The translations under genes and the position numbers were made by a program. A DNA stretch of 64,000 nt from Acidimicrobiia bacterium (GTDB lineage: Bacteria > Actinomycetota > Acidimicrobiia > Spongiisociales > UBA11373), in contig DATHSA010000066.1 of assembly GCA_035464675.1 (NCBI GenBank), positions 1,323 through 65,322 of the forward strand. The letters run 5' to 3'. How positions within the stretch are numbered: position 1 is the first letter of the stretch; every line of letters starts with the position of its first letter. Shown piece after piece: positions 37,952 through 45,708 of the stretch. The notes beneath the pieces were generated by a model that did not search any database, was not told the DNA's origin, and saw only the letters and a program-made list of their open reading frames with translations.

Positions 37952-38263
37952 TTGAGGGCCGACGACAGGAGGGTGATGACCCAGCCGACCGATCGACCCG
38001 TGTGGCAGACCCGCAGGTTCCGACTGATCGTCCTCTACGGCGTCGTGGCCTTGCTGGCGCTGATCCTGATCCTCCAGAACTTCGACACCACCGAGGTGCA
38101 ATTCCTGTGCTGGCGGGCGGAAGCCCCTCTGGCGTGGGTCTTGATGACCTTCATGGTGCTCGGCGCGGGAGTCGACGAGCTGGTGCGGGTCGTGGTGCGG
38201 AGGCGGCGAGCCAAGAAGGAGGAGCTGCGACGGGCGCGTTCCGAGCGGCAAGAGGAGTTCTAG
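37952..38263 (+). CDS. LapA/DUF1049-like small membrane protein
   Basis: Two TM helices and a basic C-terminal tail RRRRAKKEELRRARSERQEEF. Confidence 0.6.
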   Translation: MRADDRRVMTQPTDRPVWQTRRFRLIVLYGVVALLALILILQNFDTTEVQFLCWRAEAPLAWVLMTFMVLGAGVDELVRVVVRRRRAKKEELRRARSERQEEF

Positions 38264-38273
38264 GGGCAGGCCC

Positions 38274-38747
38274 CTAGACCCGCGGCGCGGGGAACACGGC
38301 CGGTGCGCGGCGCCCGGTGATCTCTTCCTCACCCCACGTGTCGTGATACCAGACGTGGCGGATCATCAGCCGGGCCTGCTCGATCCATTCCGCGATCATC
38401 GCCTTGCTGGGTAGTCGCTTGACATCACGCTCGACCGCGTGCGCGATCTCGACCTCTTCGGCGAGCTCGGCGGGGTTACGGGTGCTCAGGTCCGCGATGT
38501 CCTCGACACCGGCCCGGGCAAGGAGCCGGGCGTAGTCGTCGCTGACGCCCTTGACCCGCATCAGGTCGGCCCGCTGTACCCAGTTGGCGATCCGCTGGAT
38601 AGAGACCTTGGCGGCCCTTGCGATCTCTCGGCGACCGTCGGGGGTGCTCCCCCATCTCAGGAGCTTCGCGGTACCAGGTACCCCCGCCTCCTTGAGTCGT
38701 TCGATCTGCTTGTCGGTGATCCCCTTGAGGCTGTTCAGCCCGGCCAT
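38274..38747 (-). CDS. DUF4332-like helix-hairpin-helix protein
   Basis: MAGLNSLKGITDKQIERLKEAGV...VKGVSDDYARLLARAGVEDIADL. ATG at 38747; the upstream part of the ORF is Arg-rich junk. Confidence 0.65.
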   Translation of the reverse strand: MAGLNSLKGITDKQIERLKEAGVPGTAKLLRWGSTPDGRREIARAAKVSIQRIANWVQRADLMRVKGVSDDYARLLARAGVEDIADLSTRNPAELAEEVEIAHAVERDVKRLPSKAMIAEWIEQARLMIRHVWYHDTWGEEEITGRRAPAVFPAPRV

Positions 38748-38825
38748 GTCGCTCCCGTTCTGCCGTCCCCAAGGTACCAACTGGAACCCCTGTATCGGCG
38801 GCTTTCGGCTCGCGCGAGGGCATCC

Positions 38826-38860
38826 GGGTAACGGGCAACCGGCAACGGGAAACGGGTTCC
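38826..38860. repeat. Heptamer array GGGTAAC GGGCAAC CGGCAAC GGGAAAC GGGTTCC
   Basis: Read directly. It abuts (0-nt gap) the stop codon tca at 38861-38863 of the upstream minus-strand gene. Confidence 0.88.
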
Positions 38861-39139
38861 TCAGACCGCCCAGCGCTGCTGTTCGGCGGCCACGTCGGGG
38901 ACGTACGGCTCCTGGTCGTCGTCGAAGAGAGCCGTCGAGGCGCGCAGCATCACCATTCCGGCGTGATAGGGCCCGTCCTGGCCCCACAACTCGGCAAGCC
39001 CGACGGCGCGTGCCAGGTCGTGGTTGCAGCGGCCGCGTTCGCACGTGTCGTACGGATCGGTGACGTCGTCGTGTCCCACGGAGAGGCCATCGGCACGCTT
39101 CGCGACGTGCTTGACCGATAGGCCGCGTCTGCGCGGCAT
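38861..39139 (-). CDS. Hypothetical protein (92 aa)
   Basis: GC3-biased ORF starting 4 nt after the metallopeptidase-like gene stop. No family recognised with confidence. Confidence 0.5.
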   Translation of the reverse strand: MPRRRGLSVKHVAKRADGLSVGHDDVTDPYDTCERGRCNHDLARAVGLAELWGQDGPYHAGMVMLRASTALFDDDQEPYVPDVAAEQQRWAV

Positions 39140-39143
39140 CGCT

Positions 39144-39503
39144 CTAGTACCCGAGTTCGTGGAGCCGATCGTCGTCGATCCCGAGATGGTGGGCCACCTC
39201 GTGGAGAACCGTCTTGCGGATCTGCGCCTTGAGCCGCGACGGCGGGAGTCGCAGCGCCAGGTGCGGTCCCATGAAGATGGTGATGCGATCAGGCATGACG
39301 CCCGAGTAGTGCCCGGCGCGATCGTGGAGATTCACGCCGTGGTACAGCCCGAGGAGAGTGCCGCCACCGGCGTAGTCGGCGTCCTGCTCCGGGGTCGGCC
39401 AGTCCTCGACCACGACATGCAGGTTTTCCACCGCCTGGACCACCCACTCGGGCAACTCCTCGAGTGCGGCGTCGACCAGTGCCTCGAACTCGTCGCGTCT
39501 CAC
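39144..39503 (-). CDS. Minimal zincin metallopeptidase-family protein (DUF1025-like)
   Basis: HEVAHHLG (HExxH) near the C-terminus in a 119-aa protein, ending DDRLHELGY. Confidence 0.75.
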   Translation of the reverse strand: MRRDEFEALVDAALEELPEWVVQAVENLHVVVEDWPTPEQDADYAGGGTLLGLYHGVNLHDRAGHYSGVMPDRITIFMGPHLALRLPPSRLKAQIRKTVLHEVAHHLGIDDDRLHELGY

Positions 39504-39559
39504 GGTCGGGAGGATACGGGCGACCGGTTTCTGTCATACCCGGTTGGCATCGTCTACGT

Positions 39560-40690
39560 ATGGAAGTCCAACTGCTTGCCGAGGCCGCCGAACTGGTGAA
39601 TCGCGCCAACGAGCTGGTCGAGCAGGCGAATCGTGTCGAGACCGAAGGCCGATCGCCGGGTGCGATCAGGCGTGTCGTCGCCGCATACGGCCGGCTGGTC
39701 AAGCTGGGCTCCGCGGGCGGAGCGACGGCGGCCCTATTGCTCGGCGACCCGGGAACATTGGCAGGGGCCACCGGCACGTCGATGACGAAGGCGAAGGAGG
39801 CATTGAAGACCGCCGAGGCGGCTGATCAGACTCCCGAGTTGGGTGACGCCTTCCGTGCCGGCGAGCTCTCGATGGACCAGGCGACCGAGATCGCCAAGAC
39901 CGAGAAGGTGGCCCCGGGCTCGGCGGGCCCGTTGCTGAAACGGGTCAGGGGCGGTGCTCCGATCAAGGTCCTACGGGACGAGGGGCGTCGGCGCCGGCTG
40001 GAGGCGCAGTCATCCGAGGACTTGGCCGAGCGGCAGCGTGAGGCCCGCTACCTCTGGCACGGGATCACCGACGAGGGCATGTACCGCCTCGAGGGCGAGT
40101 TCGAGCCCGAGGTCGGCGCCCGGCTGGTCAACAGGCTCGAGGCCCAGGCCCGGCGCCTCGCCAAGGCGGCGCGTCACGCCGAACCGTTCCCGCGGTATCT
40201 CGCCGACGCGCTTCCCGACCTCGTCGCCGGCAAGGGCACGGGCAAGGGCAAGACCGAATTGGTCGTGCTCGTGTCTCGAGGAGTGGCGGAGCGGGGCTGG
40301 CAGGACGTGCAGGACGGCGAGTTCTGCAAGATCCCTGGTGTCGGGCCGATCGACCCGGAGGCGGCGCGTCGTATCGCGAGGAACGCGTTCCTGTCCGGCA
40401 TCTTCTTCGACGGAGAAGACCTGAGAAACATCAAGCGGTGGACCCGGCACATCCCGGCAGCGGTGAAGGTCGCGCTCAATCTCGGTGATCCCCCCGACTT
40501 CGACGGACCCCGCTGCGAAGACTGCGGGATGCGGCATGGCCTCGAGTGGGATCACGACGATCCCAAGGCCAACGGCGGAGAGACCTCGCTCGAGAACCTC
40601 GAACCCCGTTACTGGAGATGTCATCAGAAGAAGACGGCCCGCGATCGCGAGGCGGGAAGGCTGAGGCCGGCGCGCGCCAGTCCGCGCTGA
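39560..40690 (+). CDS. DUF222/HNH endonuclease-family protein (13E12-repeat-like)
   Basis: Long helical N-terminal region, C-terminal HNH-like CEDCGMRHGLEWDHDDPKANGGETSLENLEPRYWRCHQKK. ATG at 39560. Confidence 0.75.
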   Translation: MEVQLLAEAAELVNRANELVEQANRVETEGRSPGAIRRVVAAYGRLVKLGSAGGATAALLLGDPGTLAGATGTSMTKAKEALKTAEAADQTPELGDAFRAGELSMDQATEIAKTEKVAPGSAGPLLKRVRGGAPIKVLRDEGRRRRLEAQSSEDLAERQREARYLWHGITDEGMYRLEGEFEPEVGARLVNRLEAQARRLAKAARHAEPFPRYLADALPDLVAGKGTGKGKTELVVLVSRGVAERGWQDVQDGEFCKIPGVGPIDPEAARRIARNAFLSGIFFDGEDLRNIKRWTRHIPAAVKVALNLGDPPDFDGPRCEDCGMRHGLEWDHDDPKANGGETSLENLEPRYWRCHQKKTARDREAGRLRPARASPR

Positions 40691-41071
40691 TCAGGACGGG
40701 CTCGACCTGTCCCAGCCCTCAGGTCGACGGCTCTTGGGGAGTTTCGAGACGACCATGTGATACGACTCGTCGACCGCCTCGATGATCTCGGCGTCGGGGA
40801 TGGCGCCGCCCAGCCGCAGGGTGTTCCATCCCCAGCGGCCGATGTAGGCCATCACCGCGGCGTCGTCCGGGTATCGGACCAGCCACTCGTCGGCTTCCTC
40901 GCGGTTGCCGCCTCCCTTGACGCTCACCGAGGCGTCTCCGAAGAAGGCGAAGATCTTCTCGTCCACCTTGGTGACGACGTCGCCCTCCCACGGCTCGTCC
41001 TGCCAGGCACCCGGCTTCGACAGGCAGTGGCGGAGGAGCTCCTCGGAGGTCATGCTTCGCAACCTACCCAC
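40691..41071 (-). CDS. MmcQ/YjbR-family DNA-binding protein
   Basis: LLRHCLSKPGAWQDEPWEGDVVTKVDEKIFAFFG...WNTLRL, typical YjbR length and pattern. Confidence 0.75.
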   Translation of the reverse strand: MGRLRSMTSEELLRHCLSKPGAWQDEPWEGDVVTKVDEKIFAFFGDASVSVKGGGNREEADEWLVRYPDDAAVMAYIGRWGWNTLRLGGAIPDAEIIEAVDESYHMVVSKLPKSRRPEGWDRSSPS

Positions 41072-41116
41072 GGGATGACCGGGGTTGGATCAGGACTTGT
41101 ACAATCCCGACGCTCC

Positions 41117-41188
41117 GGGCGCTTAGCTCAGCGGGAGAGCGCTGCCTTCACACGGCAGAGGTCACTGGTTCAATCCCAGTAGCGCCCA
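41117..41188 (+). tRNA. tRNA-Val (anticodon CAC)
   Basis: Cloverleaf folded by hand: acceptor GGGCGCT/AGCGCCC, D stem GCTC/GAGC, anticodon stem CTGCC/GGCAG with loop TTCACAC, T arm ACTGG-TTCAATC-CCAGT, discriminator A. CCA is not encoded. Confidence 0.93.
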
Positions 41189-41199
41189 CAACGCCACCC

Positions 41200-44136
41200 T
41201 CAGCGGTCCCGCATCTCCTCGAGCGTCGGGCACGGGTCGATCCGGTACTCGGCGCACTCCTCGTCGGTGAAGGATCGACGCAGGCCATCCCGCACCGAGG
41301 TGACGAGATCGGCGGGATCCAAGGAGATCCCCAGCCATGCCCCATCCCACGTCCCGACGACGACCGTGTCCTCGTCGAGCCAGTGGATGTCCGAGACACC
41401 GTCGATCGGGATGCTGAGAACGACGTCACCCGTGGCGAGCTCATAGAAGGCGAGGGTCTCGAGAGCGCCCACGGCAAGGACGGTGTCGTCCGGGGAGAAG
41501 GCCATGCCCCGTACCCGGTCCTCCCGGATCCGCACGTCCGTCGCCTCCCAGGTCTCGAGGTCGATCAGCGTGATGACCGGCTCCCCGCCGACCCAAATGG
41601 CCAGGCGATCCAGGCCGTGCGACACCTCCGAGGGGGCGGACTGCTGCCTGCTCGCGTAGAGAAGTTCACCGGACCCCCGCTCGAAGGCGACGAACTCGCC
41701 GATGGTCCAACCGAGGAACCAGTCGTCACCGGTCGCCGCGACACCGAAGGCGGCACCGTAGGTCGACTCGGTCGACAGCGGTGCGCCGGTGTCGGGATCG
41801 ATCACGTGCATCTCGGCATACGGGGCCCGACTTCCCACGATCTCACCGCCGTCGATCGTCGTCCACAGGAACCACCCCTCGCTGGGATCGCCCGAGTCCA
41901 CGCAGACGCCCTGGAACTCGATGCACCCCACCAGGAAGGTCGACTCCTCGGTGCCCGGGTCGTGCAGGAACCACTCGCCCTCGCTGACCAGCAGGAACCG
42001 CCCGTCGTCGAGCATGCCCCACAGCCAACCCGGCCTGGCGCCGACCAGTTCGCCGCTCTCGGCGTCGAAGACGCGTACGAGCGGATCGTTGTCGGCAGCG
42101 CCGAAGTCGAGATTGCTGAAGGCGCCGAACTCGGAGCCGACCTCGAACGAGTTGCCATGCACCCACTCGTGGTCACCGACATCCCCGAGCACGGTCATGC
42201 CGGCGTTCCGGGCGGTCAGGTCCCAGGCCCGGATCACCCCGTCGGCATGCGCCGTGTAGAGGACGGAGCCGTCGCTCGTCATGGCCGTGCTCCTCGCCGG
42301 CCCCCCGGGGAGCCTCAATCGCTCGGTCCCCTCGAACACGCTCCACACGACGACTTCGTCCCCGGTGGTGGCGCCGATCAACAGCGTCCCGTCTGGACTG
42401 AATGACAGGCCCAGGGGCCGGAACACGAACTCCTGGGGGTCGAGGAGGTCGACCCGTCGACCCGACTCGACATCGATGAGCCTCACCGTTGGGGCATTAC
42501 GGTTCTCGACTGCGATCAGTGAGCCGTCGGGGCTGACGTCGCCGAGCCCGGTGCTCGCCTCGATCGCACTGCGCTCCGAAAAGGTCGGTGGATCGAGGAC
42601 GGCCGTGTCCTCGTCGAGGTTGAGCACGAAGAGACGGTTCGCATCGTCCATCACCGGGATCGACCCGAAGCCGGCCGGGATCACGGCGACCGACTCGAAC
42701 GAAGTCCCGTCGAGCACCTCGACCCAGCCGCCCGCCTCGACGTCGGCACGCTCGCAGGGAGGCTCGACACCACTGGACAGGAGGAAGTAGGCGCCGTCCG
42801 CCGACCAGCCCTGCGCGTCGACATTGACGCAGCCCTCGAACTCGAGCACCTCGACGACGGAGCCGTCGGATCCGTCGAGCACGACCACCCGGTTCGACAG
42901 GTCGTCGGGCTCGAGGCCCTGACGATTCGACAGGCCGGACGCCGAGTCCCGTATCCCGACGGCGACCCGTGAGGCGTCCGGATGCACCCACACGAAGGCG
43001 AAGGAATCGGCGGTCTCTTCGACGTACTCCCACAGAACCTCACCCGCGGGTGCCGCGTAGGCGATCACCCGTGTGCCCTCCTCGGAGGACACGGCGAGGA
43101 GGGATCCGTCGTCTGAGAGCGCCGCGTACACCTGGCCCTTGTGCCCGTGCTCGATCTCGAGCAGGGCCCGGTCCTCGCGCAACGCCCTCCACAGCACCTC
43201 GAGCTCCGGCCCACCGAGCCCCGCCGGCGAGCCGGCTACGTCTAAGGCGGAGAGGCCGAGGAGGGCGGCGAGCCCGGCATCCGACTCGAGTGCCAGCGCC
43301 GCCGAGGCCCACAACTCCCCCGATCGAGCCAGGACCGCCTGCGCTGACGCCTCCTGGGCGTTCTCGTCCGCGCGATCTCTTTCGACCTCGGCGATGTCGG
43401 CCTGGCGCTGTGCCTCGTCCCGCTGTGACTGAGCCTCGCTGGACTGGCCGACCGCGACGATCGCCCCGATGGTGGCCGCGACTCCGAGAAGCAGCACCAG
43501 GGCCCCGGCGGCCCACGCCGTGCGGATGGTGCGCCGGTGCTGACGCACCTCCTCGGACTCCAGCTCGTCCTTCGGGATACCCCTGATGGCGCTGGCGATG
43601 TCGGCCACGGCGCCCGAGAAGCGGGGATTGGACAGGTCGAGCTGTTCCTCGCTCCTCGCCCATCGGAGGTCCACCCATCGCGGTTCCTCGGAGAAGGCAT
43701 CGGCCAGCGCCGGAGGCACCACCGTCGCGGACGGCGAGATTCCGCCGTCCATCCAGGCGAACTCTCCGTCGGTGACCACCGGGATGATCCGGGAGGGGTC
43801 CTTGTTCTCGACCCAGTAGGCCACCTCGCGGTTAACCCACTCCGACGATGCCGCGTTCTCGGACAGCAGGAGGACGAACCAGGACGAGCCGTCCAATGCC
43901 TCGGTGATCGAGGACCAGAGATGCGGGTTCGCCGAGAGCGACGACTCGTCTCGGAAGACACGGAGCGCCCGGCGCCGCCACCATGGCTTGGCGAACCGCT
44001 GCAACCCGGATTGCAGCCGCGGCGCCAGCAGGTCGTCGGCAGCGTGGCTGTAGGAGATGAACCCGTCGAAGCTCGCCCCGTCGGAACGGCCGTGCCTGGC
44101 GTCTCGCCCCACGTTCACACGGTCCCCTCTCGCCAC
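41200..44136 (-). CDS. TIR-domain protein with one TM helix and a C-terminal beta-propeller (WD40/PD40-like) region
   Basis: N-terminal TIR pattern FDGFISYSHAADD...RVFRDESSL...WFVLLLSENAASSEWVNREVAYW. TM AWAAGALVLLLGVAATIGAIVAV preceded by RQHRRTIR. Charged coiled-coil-like segment. Repeated SxDGSxLA-type blades. The GTG start is uncertain. Confidence 0.85.
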   Translation of the reverse strand: MARGDRVNVGRDARHGRSDGASFDGFISYSHAADDLLAPRLQSGLQRFAKPWWRRRALRVFRDESSLSANPHLWSSITEALDGSSWFVLLLSENAASSEWVNREVAYWVENKDPSRIIPVVTDGEFAWMDGGISPSATVVPPALADAFSEEPRWVDLRWARSEEQLDLSNPRFSGAVADIASAIRGIPKDELESEEVRQHRRTIRTAWAAGALVLLLGVAATIGAIVAVGQSSEAQSQRDEAQRQADIAEVERDRADENAQEASAQAVLARSGELWASAALALESDAGLAALLGLSALDVAGSPAGLGGPELEVLWRALREDRALLEIEHGHKGQVYAALSDDGSLLAVSSEEGTRVIAYAAPAGEVLWEYVEETADSFAFVWVHPDASRVAVGIRDSASGLSNRQGLEPDDLSNRVVVLDGSDGSVVEVLEFEGCVNVDAQGWSADGAYFLLSSGVEPPCERADVEAGGWVEVLDGTSFESVAVIPAGFGSIPVMDDANRLFVLNLDEDTAVLDPPTFSERSAIEASTGLGDVSPDGSLIAVENRNAPTVRLIDVESGRRVDLLDPQEFVFRPLGLSFSPDGTLLIGATTGDEVVVWSVFEGTERLRLPGGPARSTAMTSDGSVLYTAHADGVIRAWDLTARNAGMTVLGDVGDHEWVHGNSFEVGSEFGAFSNLDFGAADNDPLVRVFDAESGELVGARPGWLWGMLDDGRFLLVSEGEWFLHDPGTEESTFLVGCIEFQGVCVDSGDPSEGWFLWTTIDGGEIVGSRAPYAEMHVIDPDTGAPLSTESTYGAAFGVAATGDDWFLGWTIGEFVAFERGSGELLYASRQQSAPSEVSHGLDRLAIWVGGEPVITLIDLETWEATDVRIREDRVRGMAFSPDDTVLAVGALETLAFYELATGDVVLSIPIDGVSDIHWLDEDTVVVGTWDGAWLGISLDPADLVTSVRDGLRRSFTDEECAEYRIDPCPTLEEMRDR

Positions 44137-44290
44137 GGCGAAGCCGGAAAGACACTACCCACGGGACAGGGGCCGCAGCGAGGCCGCAAGCAGTGGCGAG
44201 ATGATGAGAGGTGTTGCGAGGGCCACCAGCCCAAAGCCCAACTGCGGCAAGGTCTTGCGAGAAACATCGAGCCTCCGCGAAGTAGGCGAC

Positions 44291-44315
44291 CTGCCTTCAC
44301 ACGGCAGAGGTCACT
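44291..44315 (+). other. tRNA-Val fragment (anticodon arm plus variable region)
   Basis: ctgccttcacacggcagaggtcact is identical to 41142-41166. There is no acceptor, D or T arm. Confidence 0.9.
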
Positions 44316-44403
44316 TACCACACGCCGACGCCACCACGGCAAGCACCAGGAGGGCTCCGGAGATGCGGGCAGGTCGACTCAAGGTCCTGACAGACCACGG
44401 ACC
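44316..44403 (-). pseudogene. Truncated 5' end (leader plus signal peptide) of a lipoprotein gene paralog
   Basis: About 80 nt align by eye with few mismatches to 45190-45270, the 5' UTR and first ~22 codons of the 44451..45251 lipoprotein gene. Reads LSRPARISGALLVLAVVASACGK* and terminates inside the tRNA fragment. Confidence 0.7.
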
Positions 44404-44450
44404 CAGTAACGGATTTAACCGATGTAACGGCCCTACGGGGTGACAGTCGG

Positions 44451-45251
44451 CTACGGGAACTCGATGCCGGCGAGCAGAGTCTCAGCGGCCGGGATCAACT
44501 CGTCGAAGAACTCCTCGTTGCGAGTAGCGGCGATGATCGTGATCGTCGATCCGTCCACGTCGACGACCCAGATGCGGGCGGCGCTTTCCTGGCGCACGCC
44601 GAATGCCCACTGCCTGTCCGACGTGGCCCCCAACGAGGAGGGATTCTCGGCCTCGAGGAACATCACGCCGGAGAGCCCTTCGGCGAACCGGGAATACCCA
44701 CTCAATCCAAAGGGGATCGGCGGGTCGGCATTGGCGTCGCGTGGAGCGGCGACGTCCAGGACCACTGCGTCGAAGCCGCCGACCGCAGTGGCCGATGGCT
44801 CGGTCATGACCCTGCCGGGATCGCTGGTCGTGCCATCCGGACTCCCGGCGAAGAGGCGAACGATCTCCTCGACGACGGCTCCAATCGGGCTGTTGGGGCT
44901 CTGCACCACGATGCTGACGTCGAGATCCCAGGGGCTCTCGCCACCCTCGTGGTACTCGATGTGGACCCACAACTCCGTGGCTCCTCGGGACCACCACCAG
45001 CCCTCCTCTTCGACGGAGAACGAAACCGGCTCCCAGAACCCGCTGGCGACATAGGTCGTCCCCGGCCGAAGTTTGAGGATGCCCGTCTCCGGAATCTCGA
45101 CCTCCGTAGGCCTGCTAGTAGTCGTCATCGCAGTCGAGGTGGTCGTCGCAGGAGGCGCGGTGGTACTGGTTCCTTCGGTGTCGCCACCGCACGCCGACGC
45201 CACCAAGGCAAACACCAAGAGGGCTCCGACGATGCGGGTACGTCGACTCAC
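44451..45251 (-). CDS. Putative lipoprotein with Thr-rich linker
   Basis: Signal peptide MSRRTRIVGALLVFALVASAC-G with a lipobox, Thr/Pro-rich linker, ~200-aa domain of unknown family. GTG start at 45251. Confidence 0.7.
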   Translation of the reverse strand: MSRRTRIVGALLVFALVASACGGDTEGTSTTAPPATTTSTAMTTTSRPTEVEIPETGILKLRPGTTYVASGFWEPVSFSVEEEGWWWSRGATELWVHIEYHEGGESPWDLDVSIVVQSPNSPIGAVVEEIVRLFAGSPDGTTSDPGRVMTEPSATAVGGFDAVVLDVAAPRDANADPPIPFGLSGYSRFAEGLSGVMFLEAENPSSLGATSDRQWAFGVRQESAARIWVVDVDGSTITIIAATRNEEFFDELIPAAETLLAGIEFP

Positions 45252-45302
45252 GGTTCCGTCAGACTACGGAAGGGCAAGGATTCGCACCGCACCGTGACCG
45301 CT

Positions 45303-45390
45303 ACGCGCACAGAACGCGCACAAGACGCGCACAAGACGCGCACAGAACAACCGGAACTCACTCACCCTCACTCGATCTCACTCACACTCG
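45303..45390. repeat. 4 x 11-nt (ACGCGCACARR) then 3 x 10-nt (CTCACTCNNN) tandem repeats
   Basis: Read directly: 45303-45346 and 45357-45390. They lie 52-140 nt upstream of the lipoprotein gene start. Confidence 0.9.
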
Positions 45391-45462
45391 AAACGTGTTG
45401 TGGGGTATAGGGATCCGGGGCGAAGTGGCGTCTGACCTGGGGTTTCGCGATTGGGCCTGATA

Positions 45463-45510
45463 TGCCTTCGCACGGCAGAGGTCACTGGTTCGATCCCAGT
45501 AGCGCCCACA
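45463..45510 (+). other. tRNA-Val 3'-half remnant (att-like direct repeat)
   Basis: tgccttcGcacggcagaggtcactggttcGatcccagtagcgcccaca matches 41143-41190 with 2 mismatches. No matching 5' acceptor strand or D arm lies upstream. Confidence 0.85.
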
Positions 45511-45708
45511 GGGACCCGGATGTGTCGGCATGTCGACTTTCGGTGCCGACAGCCTACGGACCCGCCTCATGGGGGATGCCTTGACCGTCGACGGGCGCGT
45601 GTACCCGGTCTATGGCCTCACTCCTGGAATGTACGCCGATCAGTCGAACCCGTCATGCGGAGGTCATTGCCGCTCGAGGCACCGACCGCTGGCTCGTCTG
45701 GACCCTGG

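Larger units (their letters stand above)
41189..45510. mobile_element. Putative degenerate tRNA-Val-associated genomic islet
   Basis: Bounded by the tRNA-Val 3' half (41143-41190) and a 48-nt direct repeat with 2 mismatches (45463-45510). An extra internal 25-nt tRNA fragment sits at 44291-44315. No integrase is present. Confidence 0.45.

Noticed and set aside
38861-39503. Toxin-antitoxin pair (small ORF plus zincin-like protein)
   Set aside because: The two genes are 4 nt apart, but neither resembles a known toxin or antitoxin family by eye. The HExxH protein matches a widespread minimal metallopeptidase-like family usually found singly.
45437-45508. A second functional tRNA (would read anticodon CGC, Ala-like)
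   Set aside because: Only the anticodon arm, variable loop, T arm and 3' acceptor strand are present. No 5' acceptor strand complementary to AGCGCCC and no D arm lies upstream, so it is a remnant.
45520-45552. Hairpin TGTCGGCA-N13-TGCCGACA after the tRNA remnant, as an intrinsic terminator
   Set aside because: The stem is only 8 bp with a large 13-nt loop and no following T/U tract on either strand. The evidence is insufficient to call a terminator.
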